From: Candidatus Latescibacterota bacterium
GTDB taxonomy: Bacteria; Krumholzibacteriota; Krumholzibacteriia; WVZY01
Reading direction: 5' to 3'
Assembly: GCA_963791045.1 (NCBI GenBank)
Contig: CAWBQK010000018.1
Span: 1-64,000 of the forward strand
Length of the DNA: 64,000 nt
Shown here: positions 42,646-53,594 of the stretch, piece after piece
How the letters are laid out: every line of letters starts with the position of its first letter
How positions within the stretch are numbered: the first letter of the stretch is position 1
Program-made: the position numbers and the translations under genes
Notes under the pieces: model-generated
Told to the model about the DNA's origin: nothing
Databases searched by the model: none
What the model saw: only the letters and a program-made list of their open reading frames with translations

Positions 42646-43317
42646 ATGAGAATGACGATTTCGCGCGCGGTTATTGTTGGCTTTCTTGTGCTCGTGCTCT
42701 TTGTGAGTCTTCCGACGAGCTCCTCGGCGGCCGAAATGCGATTCGGAGCGACCGCCGGGCTCAATTGGACGAGCCTCAACGGGGATGCCCCGGCAAACGC
42801 AAAGTACAATCGCGCCATGGGATTTGGCGCCGGGTTGCTTGTTGATTTTGAGTTGACCGAGGATGTAGCCCTTAGCGTTCAGCCGATGTACGTCCAGCGT
42901 GGCACCAATATCGCCTACAAAGTGGGGGACGAGGAGCCGCGGGACAGTCTCGAAGTGCGGATCGATTACATCGATTGTCTTGTCCTCGCGAAAGTGTTCA
43001 CGGACAGCGAGCGTTTTTATGTCTCCAGCGGGTTGGGTTTCGGGATTGTGACCAGCGCGAACTTGAAAGATATTCACGCGGGGGATACAGATGCGAAATC
43101 GCTTTTCGCGGATTACGATATATCCGTCGTTTTTGGCGTGGGGTATGTGATACCGGCGAGGAGTTCGCTTTTGACCGTTGAGCTGCGTTATCAGCAGAGC
43201 CTGCGCAGCGTGGCCGACCCCGATGCGCTTGCGTCGGAGAGCGGTCTCACTCCGCGGATGCGGTTCAGCGGGTTCCAGGTATTGGCGTCGGTGATGTTTC
43301 CAAGGAATCACAAATGA
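42646..43317 (+). CDS. Outer-membrane beta-barrel protein (PorT-like porin family)
   Basis: Signal peptide, FGATAGLN, VQPMYVQRG, IDYI, ELRYQ. Confidence 0.75.
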   Translation: MRMTISRAVIVGFLVLVLFVSLPTSSSAAEMRFGATAGLNWTSLNGDAPANAKYNRAMGFGAGLLVDFELTEDVALSVQPMYVQRGTNIAYKVGDEEPRDSLEVRIDYIDCLVLAKVFTDSERFYVSSGLGFGIVTSANLKDIHAGDTDAKSLFADYDISVVFGVGYVIPARSSLLTVELRYQQSLRSVADPDALASESGLTPRMRFSGFQVLASVMFPRNHK

Positions 43318-44384
43318 CACTCCGCCTGAGGAAGGTACCGATGAAGATCTTTTGTGAAAGACGGTCGGCATTCTCGATACCGATGAATGGATGGGGCTGT
43401 CTGTTTCTTTTGCTCCCCGTGTTGGCGATACTCGTTATTGGTCCGTCCGCCGCCACGGCGCAAGAGGAGCCGCCCGCCCTGGACGAGACGCGGGCCAATT
43501 ATCTGGTTCCCCAGCCCACCGCTCCGACGCTGATCGGGCACCGTTTCATTGAAACGACCAATATTCGCAGCCCTTTTGTGAGAACGCAGTTTCGTAACAC
43601 GATTGGTGTTGGCGTCTCGTCCGGGATTTCGATTCCGGCGATTGAAATCGGAGGAGTGGAATATAATTATGAGACCGGGAGCCTCCTGTATTCGACGATC
43701 GGAGTGGAATATCAGAACGCGGTGAAAGACTGGTTGGCGGTGTCGATTCAGTTCCGCATCGTGGGGCGACTGGGGACCGAAACCACCTCGTTGCTGACGC
43801 AGGGCGTCACTGTCGCGAACGGTTTTGATTTCGGCTGGCTTCTCAAGATCTGGGAGAGAGACGACATGATGCTCTCCGGGGCGATACGGGTCAACAAAAC
43901 GAGTTATACCGCTGTCGATCTCGTCGGTTTTATTAAGGGGATCATCGAAGATGTTCCGGAGTCGGAGAATTCGCTCGTGCACACCGTGCCCCTCCTCGTG
44001 GGGACGACTGGACTTCGTTATGCCTGGGCAATAAACCAGGTGGTTGGTTTGACGGCAGCGGGGGGCGTTGGATTTGGGGATGCACCGGATCGCAGGGCGG
44101 AGAACCAGTGGTATTTCGACATTGGTGCGCTGGTGGATTTTGACCTCCGGCAAAAATTCTCCGCGCCGGTTGGACTAGCGCTCGGCGCTAATATTGCTAA
44201 TCTGGCCGATCAGGACAAGGCGCTCGACGGAAGCGTGTCCACTACGGTTGTCAGGGTCGATTACATCGGGCGTATCGATTTCAATCTCGGGCTCGAAGTT
44301 ATGAGCCAATGGTATGACCATGACAAATTTGAAAAATCGCTGAGATTTACCACGATGATGATGGACTTTCGCTACTATTTCTAG
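43314..44384 (+). CDS. Hypothetical outer-membrane protein
   Basis: Hydrophobic signal segment, beta-rich body, terminal YYF. The start codon is uncertain. Confidence 0.7.
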   Translation: MTLRLRKVPMKIFCERRSAFSIPMNGWGCLFLLLPVLAILVIGPSAATAQEEPPALDETRANYLVPQPTAPTLIGHRFIETTNIRSPFVRTQFRNTIGVGVSSGISIPAIEIGGVEYNYETGSLLYSTIGVEYQNAVKDWLAVSIQFRIVGRLGTETTSLLTQGVTVANGFDFGWLLKIWERDDMMLSGAIRVNKTSYTAVDLVGFIKGIIEDVPESENSLVHTVPLLVGTTGLRYAWAINQVVGLTAAGGVGFGDAPDRRAENQWYFDIGALVDFDLRQKFSAPVGLALGANIANLADQDKALDGSVSTTVVRVDYIGRIDFNLGLEVMSQWYDHDKFEKSLRFTTMMMDFRYYF

Positions 44385-44499
44385 GCGCCTCGCTCAAGAC
44401 AGACGCCACGCACGTTCAGAGAACCGAAAGAGCCGGCCGCCGGATCGTTGAGACCCGGCGGCCGGTTTTCGGTCACAAGCTTCCCCATGCGGGCGGATT

Positions 44500-47010
44500 T
44501 TACTTTAGCATCACAACTTTTTTGGTCGACTGATACGACCCGGCCTTGAGATGTACGAAGTAGACACCGGTCGCAACCTGCCGTCCGTCGGAATCATGCC
44601 CGTCCCACAACGCGTTGTGGAGACCCGCCGGCATGACCTGGTCCTTGAGGGTCCGCACGAGTTCACCGTTCGCGTTGTAGATCCTGAGCACAACCCGCTC
44701 CTGTGATACCAGGTTGAACGGGATTGTGGTTGATGGGTTGAACGGGTTCGGATACGCCGACCGAAGCGCGGTCATCGTCGGTATATCTTCATCCCTCGGT
44801 TTCGGCTGGTCTTCCGTCCGTCGGATGACGATCGTCGGAACGAGCGGGACTGGCTCTCCAAGCGCGAAGATATCCGGCGCGAGGAAATCCAACTCTCCGA
44901 CGCCGGTGTAATGGAAACCGATGGGACCGTAGTCGACATCGAGGTCGATTTGTTCGTCGTCGGTCGGTGTCGACGCGGCGAGCAGCATATTCACTTCGGC
45001 CGCGGAATAATAGAGAGCGAGGTCCATCAGATCCATCGGCGTTGTTGTCGATCTCAAGCGTTTCCTTCGGGAAGAATGACGTCGTAGAGATTTCCAATAT
45101 AGGCCTGTTCAAGATCGATGGACGTAGCGTCGAAAGGAGCGGTTACAACGACCTGTTTCCATCCTTGTCGATTTGTATTCGCCCGGCCGCGAAGGAAGAA
45201 CCACGGCAAACCTGTCAAGCGCGGGGTCAAACCCGATGCCTTCGCCGTCGAATCCTGTCGATGCGAATATCAAGCCGGACTGGTCGTGCGGGACGCGAAC
45301 ATGTTTGATGACGTTGGTGGGGTTGCCGACGCAATCACGGGCCCTGAAAGCCAGCCGGTACACTCTGCCGTCACCGCCGCCGGCGCGTTCCGAACGAAGC
45401 TGGATATGGCGGCGGTTGATGATCTGGATATCGTTGACGGTGTTGCCGTCGCCCTTGCCGTTGTCCGGCTCATCGCTGGTGACGCTCACCAATCGCCAGT
45501 TGGGGGTCTCGCAGCAAACATCTGTCAGTTGGACGGTCACCCTGATATCCGCCATCTTGTGATTTGGCGGCCACAATACATGGCGGTTGAGTCTCACAAT
45601 GAATTCGGGGGGCGTCGTGTCCTCGACGGTAACGTCCGCGCTGCAGGTAGCCGTAAGCCCCGCGCAGTCCGTTGCCGTGAAAGTGACCGTCGTCGTTCCA
45701 AGCGGGAAGCAATCCGGAGCGTCGTTCTCCACGGTGACATCGCAGCAGATATCGTCCGCCGCGACGGCGCCAAAGAAGCCGGTGAGCTGATCGTCCGCCG
45801 GCGTCGTACCGCAGAAGCCGGTGCATTCAACCGTAATATTCATTGCGCAGGCTGTGAAAAACGGAGGTGTTGTGTCTTGAACGGTTATGTCGACATAAGC
45901 GACATCCTCCGCGTCACCGTCGGACACCGTCAACGTCACCGTTGTGGTTCCGAGAGGGAAGCTCCCCGTCGGCGTCGATGATGCGGGGTTGTCGAATGTA
46001 ATACCGGGGGCCGTCCACATGAACGACAACGGATCACCATCGGGATCGTACGATCCCGTGCCATCGAGAACGACGGGTGTGGTTGCCCCGGCGCATTCGA
46101 CGGTTTGATTGGGCCCGGCATCGGAAACCGGCGGATTGTTCAGGCTAATGATGCCAAAAAAGGTTGCGCTGTGGATGCCCCATGCGTCGCCGTTTGTCAG
46201 CGGGTGGAAATCTTCCCAACGGATGGAGGCGACGGGCGCCCACGTATCGAGGCAGCCGTACTGGTTGTTGCCTCCGTCGTCACGCCAGCCGACGACGGTG
46301 ACGAAATGGTCCGTGCCGCCGTTGCCGTCGCTGTCGACGAGGATGACAAAGGGACGGCCCGCGTTGATCTCATTTTTGACATCGTCCCAGGTAAAGTTGC
46401 CCCATTCTCGATAGATTGAAGTTGAGGAGTAGTGGGCCGTGTAAGCGGTGTTGGCCCACGCGACGTATTCGTCCATGCCGTTATCGATCATATCGGAGTA
46501 GGACCATCCATAGTAGAGTCCGTCAATCGAGAATGACGTGTGCATGAAGTCGCCGATACAATTGCTCGCATGCTCGTCACCAGCCGGGGCTTCGGACAAG
46601 TCCGGCTGCACGGGGTTGGGTGAACCGTCGATTGGGAGCGAGTAATCTGAATAATGGGTGTTGGCGCCGTCTCCAGTGGCTATCGCCTGATCGACATCAT
46701 TGGTCTGTGTCAATGCGTCACCCGGGATGAGGAGCGGAAATCCATTTGCATCCCAATAGCCGATCACCATACCAGCGGCCGTTGGTCCGCACCCGTGCCG
46801 CCACAGGTACCCCGGCACGCCGCCGATGATTGTTTGTGACGTTGTGGATACCGATCCCAGATATGGTTCGTATCCTTTCACTGGCGCGGGACCGGTGGGT
46901 GTGTATTCGCTATGAGCTCTCTGCGCCCATGACGATTGCGCCATCCCAAGCGTCATAACAGAACACACCAAAAAAGCGACCACAATGGGTCGCCACATTC
47001 GAAGCCTCAT
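44500..47010 (-). CDS. Secreted papain-like (C39/C10-like) cysteine protease with PKD, HYR, 'LWPPNHK' and FlgD-Ig/T9SS-type domains; frameshifted at 45060-45180
   Basis: SD GGAGG; GCGPTAAGMVIGYWD (Cys) and INAGRP...HFVTVVGW (His); DAGPNQTV...DPDGD (PKD); FPLGTTTVT twice (HYR); SAYPNPFNP...KKVVMLK in ORF 44500-45057. Confidence 0.8.
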
Positions 47011-47228
47011 TTCGACCTCCTCGTTGGGTTTGGAAGGGAGTTGCACCGTTTCCGTCGTCCTCAGGTCGAGCGCGTTGTCTGGCAAGATGCATCGCTGGAT
47101 GTGAATCAATGTGCCGGCTGAGAGGGTCGTATTATACCACAAGTCTATGCCGCTGTTAACCGGTTTTGGGCGATTGGGATGCGGGAAAATCGGTGTGTGC
47201 GGATCGGAGATCCCGGCAAGTTCTCACA

Positions 47229-48494
47229 TTACAATCTGCCATCCACGATCTCCGGGGCGAGGAATGATTTCACGTCATATATGACGCCATCGGCGCCTAT
47301 GAGTGAGGACACGTCGAGGTCGCGGAACTTTTCGTGCGCGACGGCGAGCACTACGGCGTCGTAGCTACCGGGGGCGAGGGCGCTGGATCCGACGAGAGGG
47401 AATCCGTGCTCCTTGACCACTTCGTCGCTGTCGGCCCACGGATCGCAGACATCGACTTCACAACCGAAGTCTTCGAGTTCGCGCACGACATCGACGACAC
47501 GCGAATTGCGGATGTCGGGGCAGTTCTCCTTGAAGGTCGCGCCGAGGACCAGCACGCGCGAGTCTCTCACCTTGTGACCTTTGTGGATCATCAACTTGAC
47601 GATCTGACCGGCGATGAAATTCCCCATGTTGTCGTTGATGCGGCGGCCGGAGAGGATCACCTCGGGGTGGTAGCCGATTTCTTCGGCTTTGTGTGTCAGA
47701 TAGTATGGGTCAACACCGATACAGTGGCCACCGACGAGTCCCGGTCTGAAGGGAAGAAAGTTCCACTTGGAACCAGCTGCTTCGAGGACTTCGAGTGTGT
47801 CGATCCCGAGACGGTCGAAGATGAGGGCGAGTTCGTTTACAAATGCGATATTGATATCCCGCTGTGAGTTTTCGATGACCTTTGCCGCTTCGGCGACTTT
47901 TATCGAAGATGCGAGATGGGTTCCGGCCGTGATAATCGACCGGTAAAGGTCATCCACTTTTTGTGCAATTTCGGGCGTCGATCCGCTTGTGACCTTTTTG
48001 ATTTTTGTAACGGTATGCTGCTTGTCTCCCGGGTTGATCCGTTCTGGAGAGTACCCGCAAAAGAAGTCCTTGTTGAAGACAAGCCCTGAAGTGCGTTCGA
48101 GAATCGGTACACAGTACTCCTCGGTACAACCGGGATAGACCGTCGATTCGTAAATGACGACGTTGCCTTCCGAGAGAACCTGCCCGACGGTCTCGGAGGC
48201 TCGTTCGATCGGGGTGAGGTCCGGCCGATTGTGACCGTCGATAGGTGTCGGCACCGTGATGATATAGAAATCGCACGATCTGATATCCTCGATATCGGTG
48301 GTCACCAAAAGCTTTTTGGCTGAGCGAATATCTTCGGGACTCGCTTCAAGCGTGCGGTCCACTCCATCCTTGAGTTCCTCGACGCGGATCTTGTTGATGT
48401 CGAATCCGACCGTATCCTGATGCTTTCCGAACTCGACGGCCAGCGGTAGCCCCACATAACCCAGACCGATAACGGCGATTTTCGTGCTGCTCAT
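47229..48494 (-). CDS. Nucleotide-sugar dehydrogenase (TviB/WbpO-like UDP-GlcNAc/GalNAc 6-dehydrogenase)
   Basis: [50 protein letters not shown]. Confidence 0.93.
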   Translation of the reverse strand: MSSTKIAVIGLGYVGLPLAVEFGKHQDTVGFDINKIRVEELKDGVDRTLEASPEDIRSAKKLLVTTDIEDIRSCDFYIITVPTPIDGHNRPDLTPIERASETVGQVLSEGNVVIYESTVYPGCTEEYCVPILERTSGLVFNKDFFCGYSPERINPGDKQHTVTKIKKVTSGSTPEIAQKVDDLYRSIITAGTHLASSIKVAEAAKVIENSQRDINIAFVNELALIFDRLGIDTLEVLEAAGSKWNFLPFRPGLVGGHCIGVDPYYLTHKAEEIGYHPEVILSGRRINDNMGNFIAGQIVKLMIHKGHKVRDSRVLVLGATFKENCPDIRNSRVVDVVRELEDFGCEVDVCDPWADSDEVVKEHGFPLVGSSALAPGSYDAVVLAVAHEKFRDLDVSSLIGADGVIYDVKSFLAPEIVDGRL

Positions 48495-48651
48495 CACGTG
48501 CTCCTGTTGTGGATATTGGTGATTATTAAATCGACGGGATATGGTAAAGCCTCTGCGGGCCTCTTGTCCATTGTGAAAGCACACGGGCAAAAGTGCCGCT
48601 CACGGATGAGCGGCATTGGTGAAAGAATTCTGCTTGGGGATTGACCGGATA

Positions 48652-49893
48652 TTAACGGCGGCGGGAGCGGCGGCGGGCCATTGAACCGCGGCCTTTTGAC
48701 CTCCGGTTCGCCGATGATTTGCTCGATGATTTGGCCATGCACATAGCCCCGAGCGACGGCGAGTGGTACGGATGGTCGTCAACCGCCGTAAGGGACGATT
48801 TCGTCAGTCTTTCGATTGCCCGGAGCATCGACACTTCCTGAAAATCGCAAAACGAAAGCGCCACACCTGCAGCTCCAGCGCGGGCGGTCCGGCCGATTCG
48901 ATGGACGTAGCTTTCCGGGTCGTTGGGTAGTTCATAGTTGACCACGTGTGAAATTCCTTCCACATCAATCCCGCGCGCGACGATGTCGGTCGCGACGAGC
49001 ACCTTTATCGTGCCGCGGTCAAAGGCGGCAAGCGCACGCTGCCGCATCTTCTGGGGTTTGTCGGAATGGATCGAATCCGCGGAAATTCCACGCTCCGACA
49101 GCTGACGCATAACCCTGTCCGCCTGGTGTTTCGTCCTCGTGAATACCAGCGTGCGTCCGGTGTCCGCATCATTCAGGACACTCGAGAGAAGTTCGATCTT
49201 GTCACTGCGTTCGACAAAAAGAACCTTCTGCGCGATGTTTCCCGATACCGTTGCCGCCGGCGTCGCTTCGAGATGAGATGGATTTCTGAGCATGTCCGAC
49301 GCAAATCTCGCGATATCTCCCGACAATGTGGCCGAGAAAAAAGCGGTCTGCCTGTTCTTGGACACCTTGGACACGATCCGGCGTACGTCGTGGACAAAAC
49401 CCATGTCGAGCATTCGATCCGCCTCATCGAGGACGAGCATGTCAACACGGTCAAGAGTGAGTTCGCGACGGCTGAGGAGGTCAAGCAAGCGCCCCGGTGT
49501 TGCGACGAGTATGTCGGGCGACCGGCGAAGCGCCTTAATCTGAGCGCCAATCGATACGCCGCCAAGAAGCACCGTCGAACGAATCGGGAGGTACCGGCCG
49601 TATGTGCGAAAGCTCTCATCCACCTGTATCGCGAGTTCGCGGGTCGGTGTCAAAACGAGCGCGCGGATGTGCCGCTTCTTCTCCAGGCTCTGGTGGAGAA
49701 GTTCAAGAATTGGAAGGGCGAAAGCCGCGGTTTTCCCCGTCCCGGTCTGCGCCGTCGCGAGAATATCTTTTCCTTCGAGCATTTCGGGGATGGCCGTCAG
49801 CTGTATTGGTGTCGGGGTCTCGTAACCTTCCCGTTGGAGGGCGCGAAGAATGGGTTTTCCCAACTTGAGTTCTTTGAAGTTATCGATGTTCAT
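48652..49893 (-). CDS. rhlE: DEAD-box RNA helicase (RhlE-like)
   Basis: AQTGTGKTAAF, PTRELA, TPGRL, DEADRMLDMGF, SAT, HRIGRTARAG. Confidence 0.9.
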   Translation of the reverse strand: MNIDNFKELKLGKPILRALQREGYETPTPIQLTAIPEMLEGKDILATAQTGTGKTAAFALPILELLHQSLEKKRHIRALVLTPTRELAIQVDESFRTYGRYLPIRSTVLLGGVSIGAQIKALRRSPDILVATPGRLLDLLSRRELTLDRVDMLVLDEADRMLDMGFVHDVRRIVSKVSKNRQTAFFSATLSGDIARFASDMLRNPSHLEATPAATVSGNIAQKVLFVERSDKIELLSSVLNDADTGRTLVFTRTKHQADRVMRQLSERGISADSIHSDKPQKMRQRALAAFDRGTIKVLVATDIVARGIDVEGISHVVNYELPNDPESYVHRIGRTARAGAAGVALSFCDFQEVSMLRAIERLTKSSLTAVDDHPYHSPSLGAMCMAKSSSKSSANRRSKGRGSMARRRSRRR

Positions 49894-50315
49894 TTGTTCC
49901 TGTTCGAATGACCGAGATAAACGGCGGCTGATTCTCGGTGAGGTTTGCAAAACAGGTCCACGTGCCGAGGAGTGACGCAGGGAATCGTCGGAAGGTTATT
50001 ATAATTTGGTTGGTTTAACTCGTTGAAATATAGAAAAATGTGGCCTCCAATGCAACACATTTTCGCGCAATCGGCCCCCCTCGCTCCCTCCATCTTAGAA
50101 GTGAAGAAACGCCCAAATCGTCGCAGTTTGGCTGCAATTCATTCAATCATAAGTAGATACGATCTGATTCAAATCAATTCTTTGGTCCAGATCCATTTGA
50201 TTTGGACGCCAAAGTCATGGTATTTACGTGGTTACAATACCTCATCGGGGTGAAATCAGGAAAGTGTTTTTGTTGCCGGAAGAGGGTGTGGTGGGTGAAT
50301 TCCAGAGCACACGGC

Positions 50316-50344
50316 AAAAAAAGGGGACCGCGTGAGCGGTCCCC
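50316..50344 (-). terminator. Rho-independent terminator of RRM gene 2
   Basis: Minus strand GGGGACCGC-TCAC-GCGGTCCCC-TTTTTTT. Confidence 0.85.
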
Positions 50345-50372
50345 AATCATAGTCGAACGGATGCAGTCGCGG

Positions 50373-50630
50373 TTATCTGCTGCGACGCTCGCGCGCCTCG
50401 TTCACCGTCAAGTTGCGACCGTTGAAGTCTTTGTCATTCAGGCCTTCGATGGCAGCGGTGGCGCCTTCGACGTCCATTTCGACAAAGCCAAAGCCTCTCG
50501 GGCGACCTGTTTCACGATCTTCGACGAGCGACACTTCGTGAACGGTACCGAAAGCTTCGAACGCCGCGCGGATATCGTCGCGCGTCGCACTGAACGGAAG
50601 ATTGCCGACATAAAGTCTCTTGGTTGACAT
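50373..50630 (-). CDS. RRM (RNP-1) RNA-binding protein, paralog of 7970-8251
   Basis: LYVGNL, RGFGFVEM; lacks the Gly-rich tail. Confidence 0.95.
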   Translation of the reverse strand: MSTKRLYVGNLPFSATRDDIRAAFEAFGTVHEVSLVEDRETGRPRGFGFVEMDVEGATAAIEGLNDKDFNGRNLTVNEARERRSR

Positions 50631-50842
50631 GGAGGTTAACTCCTTCTTTCGCCCTCTCGACTCTTGCGATCACAAACTTTCTAATTCACGGGAACCGCAA
50701 CTGACCGCAGTTGAGGTTCGCCCGTTGAGGATATCGTTTCCTCTTATCAAACTCGGGAAATGTACTCCGGAACCGACTTTCGAGACAGCGGGGCGAAATC
50801 TGCGGAAACGAAACGTGGCAGGAGAATTCTCTGAGTTGATAG

Positions 50843-50871
50843 AATTTAAACCCAAAAATCGGTATTTTCAA
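50843..50871 (-). promoter_or_regulatory. Sigma70-type promoter of RRM gene 2
   Basis: Minus strand TTGAAA-N17-TAAATT, preceded by TTTCCT as in the RRM gene 1 promoter. Confidence 0.6.
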
Positions 50872-50914
50872 AGGAAAAATTACCGATCTCGAGATTTTTT
50901 TTGCCGTGTGGAGA

Positions 50915-51997
50915 TCAGGGCATTTTGTAGATCAACGCGTTGATATTCATTCCAGCGCCGACCGATGCAAATGCGATTGTTTCTCCGGATTCCAAATGAT
51001 GATTGTCGAGTTTTTTCTTAAAAATAAGGTCAACCAAAGTCGGTAGCGTCGCCACCGAACTGTTGCCAAGCCACGATATCGTCATCGGCATCACCCATTC
51101 GGGTGCTGGATTATCTCCGAAGAGCTTGAACAATCTCGTGAGAATGGCTTCGTCCATCTTGGCGTTCGCCTGGTGGATGAAAACTTTGGATACGTCGGTG
51201 ATTGACAAACCGGCCTTGACGACGCATTCCCTGACAACTCTTGGCACTGTCCGAAGTGCGTACTGATAGAGCTTGTGGCCCTGCATTTTCAAGAACAAAT
51301 CGCCGCCCTTGAAGTCGGGGTTGTACGACGGGCCCATGCGAAGCATGTGCGCGTGCTCAAATGTATCCGAGCGGCTGGCGTGTGACAGGATACCTACCGG
51401 AGCTTCGTTCTTGACCCCTTCGACCACACAGGCGCCCGCCCCGTCGGCGTAGATCATACTGTCGCGGTCGTGTGGATCACTGACCCTCGAAAGAACTTCG
51501 GCGCCAACAATAAGCGCCCGTTTGGCGTCGCCCGATCGGATAAAATAATCCGTTTGGATTAACCCCTGGAGCCAGCCGGGGCACCCGAACGGAAGATCGT
51601 AGCATACGGTGTTTGGATTTCGAATCCTGAGCCTGTTTTTGATTCTGGCGGCGATCGACGGCACCAGGTCCGAACGGCGATTACCGGCCTGAACGTCGCC
51701 GAAATTGTGCGCGACGACAATATAGTCGAGGCTTTCCTTGTCGGTATTTGACGATTCGAGAGCATCCCTGGATGCCTCGTACGCGATGTCGGAGGTGGTG
51801 AGATCGTCACTCACGTACCGTCTTTCATCGATTCCCGTAATCGCCTGGAACTTGTCAATAATTTCCTGTGTGGACCGGTCGAACCGCTTGCCGTTCTCGT
51901 CGAAAAATTCGTGGTCGAGAAAATAAGAGTTGGGGATTCTCTCTGTGGGTATGCAGCATCCGGTTCCAACGATGATCGTGGCTGTGTGGCTACTCAT
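50915..51997 (-). CDS. fabH: 3-oxoacyl-ACP synthase III family protein
   Basis: TGIDERR, catalytic Cys in FGCPGW, ADGAGA, HQAN, GNSSVAT. Confidence 0.88.
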   Translation of the reverse strand: MSSHTATIIVGTGCCIPTERIPNSYFLDHEFFDENGKRFDRSTQEIIDKFQAITGIDERRYVSDDLTTSDIAYEASRDALESSNTDKESLDYIVVAHNFGDVQAGNRRSDLVPSIAARIKNRLRIRNPNTVCYDLPFGCPGWLQGLIQTDYFIRSGDAKRALIVGAEVLSRVSDPHDRDSMIYADGAGACVVEGVKNEAPVGILSHASRSDTFEHAHMLRMGPSYNPDFKGGDLFLKMQGHKLYQYALRTVPRVVRECVVKAGLSITDVSKVFIHQANAKMDEAILTRLFKLFGDNPAPEWVMPMTISWLGNSSVATLPTLVDLIFKKKLDNHHLESGETIAFASVGAGMNINALIYKMP

Positions 51998-52298
51998 AAC
52001 GAAGATTGATTTGCCTTTCGTGTCAGATTTTGAACGGCGGTCATTGTTCCGCACAAGTTATCATAGGCAGTTGGGCTCGTCTCGCGACGTCATTTGGTCT
52101 GGGCAGGGCCATATTACACATCCAGCCGCTGCTTGTCGAACATTTCTTGACCCTCCACGGGCTTCTCTCAGCCGTGGAGGAACCCTGGACTTTTTCGACG
52201 CTCTCAGTAGGTGCCCCTGTTCGCGTCACGGGGATCGAACAGCGTTGCATGTCGCGGGTATTCGTAACTAATTGGAATAAATACAGTTCCCGTGATCC

Positions 52299-52327
52299 TT
52301 GACACGCGCTGGCGGATCACATATCTT
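52299..52327 (+). promoter_or_regulatory. Sigma70-type promoter of the PPIase gene
   Basis: TTGACA-N17-TATCTT; the -35 lies within the inverted repeat GTGATCC/GGATCAC. Confidence 0.55.
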
Positions 52328-52449
52328 CGAAATCAATATACGGCACGTTCTGGAAGCCTGCACCAAGCCTCATAACACGCAGGCAAATATTTGGACCCGG
52401 TGGCAAGGCCGGGTTATTACTTTATTTATAAAGAAGGACAGGTGGCGAC

Positions 52450-52875
52450 GTGGCCAACGCTAAAGACGGCGACAAAGTAAAAGTAAACTACACGGGCAAG
52501 CTCTCCGACGGGTCTGAATTCGATTCCTCCGCTGACAGGGAGCCGTTGGAATTCGTAATCGGAGAGGGTGGAATCATCCCCGGTTTTGAGAAAGCGGTTG
52601 TTGGAATGGCCGCGGGAGATAAAAAATCAGTAACGATTCCGGTCGAAGATGCTTACGGCCCACGTCGTGAGGAACTGAAGCTCACGATACAACGCAGCGA
52701 GTTGCCGCCCGACCTGGAACCGAAGGTCGACGACATGTTGGAGATGCGGCAGGGCGAGCAAGTTTTTCCCGTCCTGGTGACCGCAGTTGCCGACGATGAA
52801 CTCTCACTCGACGCGAATCATCCGCTTTCCGGCGAAGAGCTGCACTTCGATATCGAGTTGGTTGAAATCGTCTAA
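52450..52875 (+). CDS. slyD: FKBP-type peptidyl-prolyl isomerase (SlyD-like, no His-rich tail)
   Basis: YTGKLSDGSEFDSS, IIPGFE, DAYG, DANHPLSG. Confidence 0.85.
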   Translation: MANAKDGDKVKVNYTGKLSDGSEFDSSADREPLEFVIGEGGIIPGFEKAVVGMAAGDKKSVTIPVEDAYGPRREELKLTIQRSELPPDLEPKVDDMLEMRQGEQVFPVLVTAVADDELSLDANHPLSGEELHFDIELVEIV

Positions 52876-52912
52876 TTAACTCGATTTAAACCGGCTTTCT
52901 TGAAATTTTTGA

Positions 52913-52947
52913 CCCCGCGCGTCGCGAGCCGCGCGGGGCTTCTTTTT
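52913..52947 (+). terminator. Rho-independent terminator
   Basis: CCCCGCGCG...CGCGCGGGGCTTCTTTTT. Confidence 0.75.
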
Positions 52948-53067
52948 ACTCGCCAGCTGTCCCAAATCCTATATATTCCACATATTTATTTTAGAATCTC
53001 AGGGGGCAATTCGCTAAGCCATGGTATTGTAATGCATTAGAGTTTATGGCCGAGCCTCGGTTAGGGC

Positions 53068-53124
53068 TTGACAAATGCACATATGTGCACTATTCTTCTG
53101 TTATGAAACGCACATAAGTGCATT
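53068..53124 (+). promoter_or_regulatory. Sigma70 promoter with two palindromic operator sites
   Basis: TTGACA (53068-53073)-N17-TATTCT (53091-53096); perfect palindrome TGCACATATGTGCA (53076-53089) and second copy GCACATAAGTGC (53110-53121). Confidence 0.8.
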
Positions 53125-53135
53125 AGGAGGTTTGA

Positions 53136-53582
53136 ATGAGAGGCCCGTATCGAAAACGTCGCATAGATATGCCGCCGCGGTTTGGACATTTCAAGCCCGC
53201 GGGGGTACCCAAAAGATATCTCGAACGGGTCGATTTGACGGTCGATGAATTCGAAGCGATTCGCCTCGCCGACTACGAGCAGCTCGAACATCTCCAGGCG
53301 TCGGAGAAGATGAACATTTCTCGCTCGACATTCACTCGCCTTATTGAACGCGCGAGGCAAAAACTTGCCTCGGCGATCATCGAGGGAAAAGAACTCGTGA
53401 TCGATGGTGGCAACGTAGACTATGTCAACACTCTGCACCACTGCAGGGACTGCGGGGAAACGTCCCCCGGACCGGCCGATGAGGACACGGGAAATTGTCC
53501 GGATTGCGGGTCACCAAATGTTGAGGATGTCGCGACACGGTTTCATGGTCGAAGGGGCAGGAGAGGGCAGCGGGATGATTAG
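53136..53582 (+). CDS. DUF134 (UPF0251) HTH protein with C-terminal zinc ribbon
   Basis: FKPAGVP, DEFEAIRLAD, MNISRSTFTR; CRDCG...CPDCGS. Confidence 0.9.
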   Translation: MRGPYRKRRIDMPPRFGHFKPAGVPKRYLERVDLTVDEFEAIRLADYEQLEHLQASEKMNISRSTFTRLIERARQKLASAIIEGKELVIDGGNVDYVNTLHHCRDCGETSPGPADEDTGNCPDCGSPNVEDVATRFHGRRGRRGQRDD

Positions 53583-53594
53583 GAGGAATCACTG

